This document shows positions 58,734-64,000 of a DNA stretch of 64,000 nucleotides, piece by piece. Source of the DNA: Planctomycetota bacterium. GTDB taxonomy: Bacteria > Planctomycetota > PLA2 > JAEUHO01. The translations under genes were made by a program, and so were the position numbers. The notes under the pieces are model-generated. The model was given only the letters and a program-made list of their open reading frames with translations, did not search any database and was not told the DNA's origin. How positions within the stretch are numbered: the stretch's first letter is position 1; every line of letters starts with the position of its first letter. The stretch spans positions 8,917-72,916 of the forward strand of contig JAJDEN010000056.1 of the NCBI GenBank assembly GCA_029259775.1, read 5' to 3'.

Positions 58734-59885
58734 TCAAGGTCCCTTCGAAGCTCGGGCCGGCGCGCGCCGGTTCGACGCGCGATGATCCCATAGCTGACGC
58801 TCTTTCAAGCCGTGATCCCCCAAGAAGCGCGCGATGCGCCAGGCGGCCAGGTCGGCCCGCTCCTGATGCGCGGAGTGCATGGCGTCGGCGATGTCGAAGC
58901 GCTCGACCCGCTGGAGCCGGGCAGCCACCGTCGTCGCCATGGCCTGCGGGAGGGTCGGGTCCTGCGCGCCCCAAAGCAGCAGGACCGGGAGGGCCAACGT
59001 GCGCTCACGATCAGCGATCGCCTGGACCTCGGCCTGGATTGGGCGCCCGTCCGCGTCCACGGGGCGCCAGCGCCGCAGCATGGCCTGCGCGGCGTGCCGC
59101 GTCCGATCCTCGGCCAGCATCGAGCGTAGGCGCCCGGCCTCTCGGCCCAGGGCGCGACGATCAGGATCGACCACGCCCTCATACACAGCGTCGGCCGTCT
59201 CCCGGTCCAGCAGGCCGAGCGTCATGGCAGCGGCCACTTCGAGGTCCGACAAGCCGGCGATGCGCTCGAGCGTCGGGTCGACCTCCCGCATCAGCACATC
59301 GGGCAGCGTGAACAGCACAAGACCATCGATGCGGGCATGCAGCGCAGCCTGCTCGACGCGCAGGGCGGGATCGGTCAGCGCGCGGAGGAGCGCGAAGCTG
59401 CCGAGCGAGTGGCCGACGAACACGACGCGGCGGTTGTCACCGTGGTTCTGCTGCCAGCGATCCACCGCGCGCAGCGTGTGCCCCCCCACCCACGCCGGCG
59501 TCCAGGCCGGCTTGGGGTGACGCTCCGGATCCGGCGCATCGCTGCGGCCGGTGCCGGGCGGGTCGATCATGAGCACGTCGTTGCGCTCGGCCAACAGCGG
59601 CGCGAGGAAGCGCCACGTGCGGTGGTCCGCAAGGATGCCGGGTTGGAGGACGAGCAGGCGATCGTCCACCGCCTTCTTGCTGCGCAGCGACACGACCTCG
59701 ACGATCAGCTTGGGCTCGCCTTTCCGCTGCGCCTCGATGCGTTCCACGCTGCGCTCGAACGCGGCGCCGCGCGCGACCCAGCTGGCGTAGGGCTGCGCCG
59801 TGCCCTCATCGAGCAGCGTCCGCGCGTCGCTGCAGCCGGTACCCAGGGCGCTCAGCGTGACGAGGGCGGCGAGGGCGCGGCGCAT
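58734..59885 (-). CDS. Alpha/beta fold hydrolase, lipoprotein
   Basis: Lipobox LGTGC, DPPGTGRS, GHSLG, WGAQD, AMHS. Confidence 0.85.
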   Translation of the reverse strand: MRRALAALVTLSALGTGCSDARTLLDEGTAQPYASWVARGAAFERSVERIEAQRKGEPKLIVEVVSLRSKKAVDDRLLVLQPGILADHRTWRFLAPLLAERNDVLMIDPPGTGRSDAPDPERHPKPAWTPAWVGGHTLRAVDRWQQNHGDNRRVVFVGHSLGSFALLRALTDPALRVEQAALHARIDGLVLFTLPDVLMREVDPTLERIAGLSDLEVAAAMTLGLLDRETADAVYEGVVDPDRRALGREAGRLRSMLAEDRTRHAAQAMLRRWRPVDADGRPIQAEVQAIADRERTLALPVLLLWGAQDPTLPQAMATTVAARLQRVERFDIADAMHSAHQERADLAAWRIARFLGDHGLKERQLWDHRASNRRAPARASKGP

Positions 59886-59983
59886 GGAGTTCTCCCGTCC
59901 GGCAGCGGACAGGGGCGGAGTATAGGCGCGCGATTCGGAGGACATGCGCGCTCCTGTACCCTGAGGAACCTGACGGAGTCCTT

Positions 59984-61579
59984 ATGACGCGCGCCGCTCT
60001 CCCGATCCTCGTCCTGACGTTGCTCCTTGCTCCCCCCGCGGGTGCCGGCGAGACGCCGCCCCAGGTCCAGCCGCTCGTCAAGCCGCTCATCAGAGACGGG
60101 TGGGTCACCGAGGCGCTCGAAGCGGCCGGGCCCAACCGCGCCGAGCTCGAGAAGGTGCTCGCGCACTTCGCCAAGGAGCCCAGGAAGCTGACGGCCGCGC
60201 GCTTCCTCATCGCCAACATGCCGGGGAAGGGCTACATCTCGACCGAGCTGCGCGACAAGGCCGGCAACGTGATTCCCTTCGACCCCCTGGGCTACGCGAA
60301 CTTCAAGGAAGCCCTGGCGGCGTTCGACGCGCTGACCGCGAAGCACGGAGAGATCGACTTCGCCCGCGACAAGAAGATCGAAGACCTGAAGACGGTCAAG
60401 GCGTCGTTCCTGATCAAGCACATCGATCTCTCGTTCGCAGCCTGGCAGAAGACCCCCACAGACGCCCGCGTGGGCTTCGAAGCATTCCTCAACTTCGTGC
60501 TGCCCTACCGCGGCAGCCAGGAGCCGGTCGACGCATGGCTCGAGCCGCTCATGCAGCGCTACGCGGGTCGCGTCAAGGCGCTCGAGGACGAGAAGCTCAC
60601 CGCCCAGGAACTCTACGCCTGGTTGTCGAAAGACATCCACAAGCGTCTGCGCTTCAACGAGCGCTTCTACCTCCATCCCACCGACCAGAGCTTCACGGAG
60701 ATGGGGCGCACGGGCCAGGGCCGCTGCGAGGACATCACGAACATGATCACGTTCGCGGCGCGCAGCCTCGCGCTCGCAACGGCGGCGGACTACACCCCCT
60801 ACTGGGCGCACCGTGACAACAACCATGCGTGGAACGTCCTGCTCGACAAGGACGGCCGCGGCTACGACAAGGGCCAGTCCCACGCCGCGAAGATCTACCG
60901 CAAGACCTTCGCGATCCAGCGCGACAGTCTGGCGTTCGATCTTCCGAAGGGGCGCGAGGCCCCGAACCGCTTCATGGCCAGCACGACGTCGCTGGACGTC
61001 ACCGACCAGTACATGCCGACGTCGACGGCTGCCGCCGTGCTCGACGAAGGCCGCGTCCGGAATGAGCGTCACGCCTACCTCTGCGTCTTCAATGGCGGCG
61101 AGTGGCGGCCGGTGGCTTGGGCCAAGATCGACCACGCCCCCGAGTTCTCCCACGCTGCCTTCGAGCACGTGGGGCGGGGCATCGTCTACCTCGTCGCGAT
61201 CCACGACGGCAAACGTCTGGTGCCTGCCGCCGATCCGTTCCTGGTGCTCGACGACGGCACGAGGACCTCCCTCGCCGGCAAGGAGGCTGGCGTCGGGGCG
61301 ATCGCGATCGCCGTCAGCCCCAAGAAGGTCAGTCCCGACACGTTCGCGGAGACGCCGGTCAACTATCTCAAGGACGGCGCCGGCTACGTTCTCAAGCGCT
61401 GGGACGCGAAGGCAGGCGACTGGGTAGACGTTCGCAAGGTCACCGGCGCGAAAGCGGCCCCCCGCTTCTACGACCTCCCGCGCGACAGCCTCTACTGGCT
61501 CGTGCCGGACGACGACAAGCCGCGCCGCGACGAGCGTCCGTGGACCATCGGCCCCAAGGGCTTCCAGCGCTGGTGGTAG
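59984..61579 (+). CDS. Exported transglutaminase-like domain protein
   Basis: Signal peptide, AGPNRAELEKVL, FLIANMP, VLPYR, catalytic GRCED (Cys) and NHAWN (His). Confidence 0.85.
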   Translation: MTRAALPILVLTLLLAPPAGAGETPPQVQPLVKPLIRDGWVTEALEAAGPNRAELEKVLAHFAKEPRKLTAARFLIANMPGKGYISTELRDKAGNVIPFDPLGYANFKEALAAFDALTAKHGEIDFARDKKIEDLKTVKASFLIKHIDLSFAAWQKTPTDARVGFEAFLNFVLPYRGSQEPVDAWLEPLMQRYAGRVKALEDEKLTAQELYAWLSKDIHKRLRFNERFYLHPTDQSFTEMGRTGQGRCEDITNMITFAARSLALATAADYTPYWAHRDNNHAWNVLLDKDGRGYDKGQSHAAKIYRKTFAIQRDSLAFDLPKGREAPNRFMASTTSLDVTDQYMPTSTAAAVLDEGRVRNERHAYLCVFNGGEWRPVAWAKIDHAPEFSHAAFEHVGRGIVYLVAIHDGKRLVPAADPFLVLDDGTRTSLAGKEAGVGAIAIAVSPKKVSPDTFAETPVNYLKDGAGYVLKRWDAKAGDWVDVRKVTGAKAAPRFYDLPRDSLYWLVPDDDKPRRDERPWTIGPKGFQRWW

Positions 61580-61582
61580 GGA

Positions 61583-62320
61583 TCAGCTGCGGAGCGTCTC
61601 GCTGAGCCGGCGGATCTCGTCGTCGATCTCCGTATCGCTATTGACGGTCTGCGCGATCTCCTCGCGCAGGAAGTCGCGGTAGCGCTGCTTCAGCCGATGG
61701 ACGGCGACCTTTACGGCGGTCTCGCTGATGCCGAGTCGGAGCCCCACGTCGCGGTACGGCTCCGCACCCGGCCCGCTGAGAAACGGCTGCAAGGCTTCGA
61801 AGCGCTCCGCCTTCACGGGCGAACCGGCCCGGCAGCGCTGGGCCAGGCGCTCGAGCGCCCGGTCCAGCAGCGTGAGCGCCCAGCGTCGCTCGAAGAGAGC
61901 CTCCGCGGTGAGCCCGCCTTCGGGCTCGAGCTTGTAGCGGCGCTCGCCGTCCTCGAAGTCGAGAGGCACGTGCACGTGGCCGCCGCCGCGCTTCAGCGCG
62001 CGTTGCTTGGCCCACTCCTTGGACGTGAAGTGCCTGAGCGCCGTCATCAGGAAGCCGCGGAAGCGCCCACGTTCCTTGTCGGCCTGGCCTACGTAGCCCT
62101 TCTCGAGCAGCGCGGCGAAGAAGCCCTGCACCATGTCCGATGCTTCGTCGACGTCGCTCCCGCGCCGTCGCTGGAAGGCGTAGAGCGGATACCAATAGGC
62201 GCCGCACAGTTCCTCGAGTGCGGCGCGGGCCGCGTCGCCTTCGCCGGCGGACGCCGTGGCGACCAAGCTCCAGCGCGTCGTGTGGAATTGGCGCGGAGGA
62301 CGGTCGGCGTGCTCGCTCAC
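61583..62320 (-). CDS. ECF sigma factor of the Ser/Thr-kinase-associated type
   Basis: FHTTRWSLV, LCGAYWYPLY, RGRFRGFL, FERRWA, AVKVAVHRLKQRY; AGGAG RBS. Confidence 0.9.
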   Translation of the reverse strand: MSEHADRPPRQFHTTRWSLVATASAGEGDAARAALEELCGAYWYPLYAFQRRRGSDVDEASDMVQGFFAALLEKGYVGQADKERGRFRGFLMTALRHFTSKEWAKQRALKRGGGHVHVPLDFEDGERRYKLEPEGGLTAEALFERRWALTLLDRALERLAQRCRAGSPVKAERFEALQPFLSGPGAEPYRDVGLRLGISETAVKVAVHRLKQRYRDFLREEIAQTVNSDTEIDDEIRRLSETLRS

Positions 62321-62337
62321 CCTCGCTCCTATGGCCT

Positions 62338-64000
62338 CTACTTCGCAGCGTCCATGTTCACCGTGTCGAGGGCAAACACCCAGCCGGCATTGGATCGTTT
62401 CATGAAGAAGCTGAGGGTCGGATAGTACGGGGCCATGGGCCTCCGCAGGCCGCGCGTGTTGATCGCGGTCACGGTGGCCTGGCGCTCCCACTCGTCCACC
62501 TGGATGCGGCTCAACTGGTACTTGTGCGGCGCCTTCTCGGACGAGGCCCTGCCGACGAATCCCATGCCGAGTTCGTTCGCCTCGCGCTTGGCTTCGAACT
62601 CTTTGGTCGAGAGCGCCTTCACCTTGGCAAGATCCGCTTCGTCGTAGAACTCGGCCGCCTCCACATCACCGAGGTCCAGATCGCGCACCGAGACGAGTCG
62701 CAGGTACTCGTTCCACCTCGAGACGATCGCCTCGCGGATGGCGGTCTGCTGTGAGAGCACGGCGACGCCTTCGACGCGGACGAGCGACGAGGAAAAGCGC
62801 GGCCGGTGTGCGCGTTCGCGTTCATAGGCGCGCCAGAAGTTGTACGTGCGGATCTCGTCCGTCACGGCAGCCAGGCAACCTGCCATGCCGATCAGGCTCA
62901 GCACGAGCGCAACGATGGCCCACGGCAGTCCGCGCAACTCCTTCTCGAACCGACGCGTCAAGACGATTCCGGTGATGGCGAGCAGGACGGCGAGCGCTGC
63001 GAAGCCGAAGGCCGTCCAGAGCCCGGCGATGCTGCCGACGTACCCGGGGCTGCTGCGGGCATCGGCAAGGTTGTAGACGAAGCCGTAGACGAGCAGCCCC
63101 GCGGCCGCTCCGATCGGGATCAGCCACAGCGCCCACACGACCCAGCGGCTGATGCGCCGCCCATCCTTCGCACGACGGCGGTAGCGCTGCCAATGCTGGG
63201 CGAGCGTCGCAGGCGAGGCGTCGGCCGGGACCGTCGGTGCACCGTCGGAGCCGTGCAGGGGCTCCGCCCCCACCGCCACGAACGTCCGCACGTCGGCCTT
63301 GACGTCCGACGCCTTCTGGTAGCGAAGCTCGCGCTCGCGCTCGAGCGCGCGCATGACGATGTCGTCGATCCGGTCGTCGAGGTCCGGCGACTCGCTCGGG
63401 TTCGCAAAGCGGCCGACAGGCAACTCGCCCGTGAGCATCTCGAAGAAGACCACGCCCAGGCTGAAGATGTCGGCGCGGTGATCGACGTCTTGCGGCGTCT
63501 TGTACTGCTCAGGCGCCATGTAGTGCAGCGTGCCCATCACCTGGTCGGTGCCGGTCAGGGTGAAGTCCGCCTCGCCTCGCTGGACAAGCTTGGCCAGGCC
63601 GAAGTCGGCGACCTTCACGCGACCCGCACGGTCGAGCAGCACGTTCTCGGGCTTGATGTCGCGGTGCACGACGCCGGCGTCGTGGGCGTACTGGAGCGCG
63701 TCACAGATCTGGGGCACGATCGCCAGCGCTTCGCGGGAGGTCAACTCCCCCCCGCGCATGAGCTGGCGGAGCGTGACGCCGTCGACGTACTCCATGACGA
63801 GGAAGTAGTAGTCCGCCACTTCGCCAAACTCGTGCAGACCTACGATGTGCGGATGCTGCAGGCGGGCGAGCGTGCGCGCCTCGCGAGCGAAGCGCTCGGC
63901 GAAAGCGGGATCGGCGCCGAGTGCGTGCGGCAGGACCTTCAGCGCCACGAGACGATCGAGCTTGCGCTGGCGCGCCTTGTAGACCACGCCCATGCCGCCC
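62338..64000 (-). CDS. Membrane Ser/Thr protein kinase (5' end outside window)
   Basis: GGMGVVY, VALK, HRDIKPEN, DFGLAK, YMAPE, followed by three TM helices. Confidence 0.95.
   Translation of the reverse strand, partial: GGMGVVYKARQRKLDRLVALKVLPHALGADPAFAERFAREARTLARLQHPHIVGLHEFGEVADYYFLVMEYVDGVTLRQLMRGGELTSREALAIVPQICDALQYAHDAGVVHRDIKPENVLLDRAGRVKVADFGLAKLVQRGEADFTLTGTDQVMGTLHYMAPEQYKTPQDVDHRADIFSLGVVFFEMLTGELPVGRFANPSESPDLDDRIDDIVMRALERERELRYQKASDVKADVRTFVAVGAEPLHGSDGAPTVPADASPATLAQHWQRYRRRAKDGRRISRWVVWALWLIPIGAAAGLLVYGFVYNLADARSSPGYVGSIAGLWTAFGFAALAVLLAITGIVLTRRFEKELRGLPWAIVALVLSLIGMAGCLAAVTDEIRTYNFWRAYERERAHRPRFSSSLVRVEGVAVLSQQTAIREAIVSRWNEYLRLVSVRDLDLGDVEAAEFYDEADLAKVKALSTKEFEAKREANELGMGFVGRASSEKAPHKYQLSRIQVDEWERQATVTAINTRGLRRPMAPYYPTLSFFMKRSNAGWVFALDTVNMDAAK

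Overview
High-GC bacterial chromosomal window. The gene content (Ser/Thr kinase-ECF sigma pair, prepilin-type genes, ASPIC/UnbV and Gly-rich surface proteins) suggests Planctomycetota, which is an inference. It is mostly housekeeping: nuoA-B-C-D-H, trxB, HesB/IscA, dut, anmK, rsmG, plsY, sodN, a deoxyhypusine-synthase-like gene and transporters. The main signal is three unlinked genes that the ORF track splits at a single in-frame TGA. Each TGA lies in a Cys/redox context and is followed by a SECIS-like hairpin, so these are probable selenoproteins: a BCP peroxiredoxin (PG-U-TTEG-C), an exported thioredoxin-like/helical-repeat protein (U-PP-C), and a secreted FG-GAP/ASPIC-UnbV (CRTAC1-like) protein (DG-U-G-C), an unusual scaffold for Sec. 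Also notable are a three-gene prepilin cluster with a 1373-aa pilin fused to a Ca-binding-like repeat domain, an anti-sigma factor with pseudo-aspartyl-protease and ExbD-like domains, and a 103-bp palindromic tandem repeat. I recognised no rRNA, tRNA, CRISPR, transposase or Sec machinery (selA/B/C/D). All family calls come from motif recognition by eye, not database searches.
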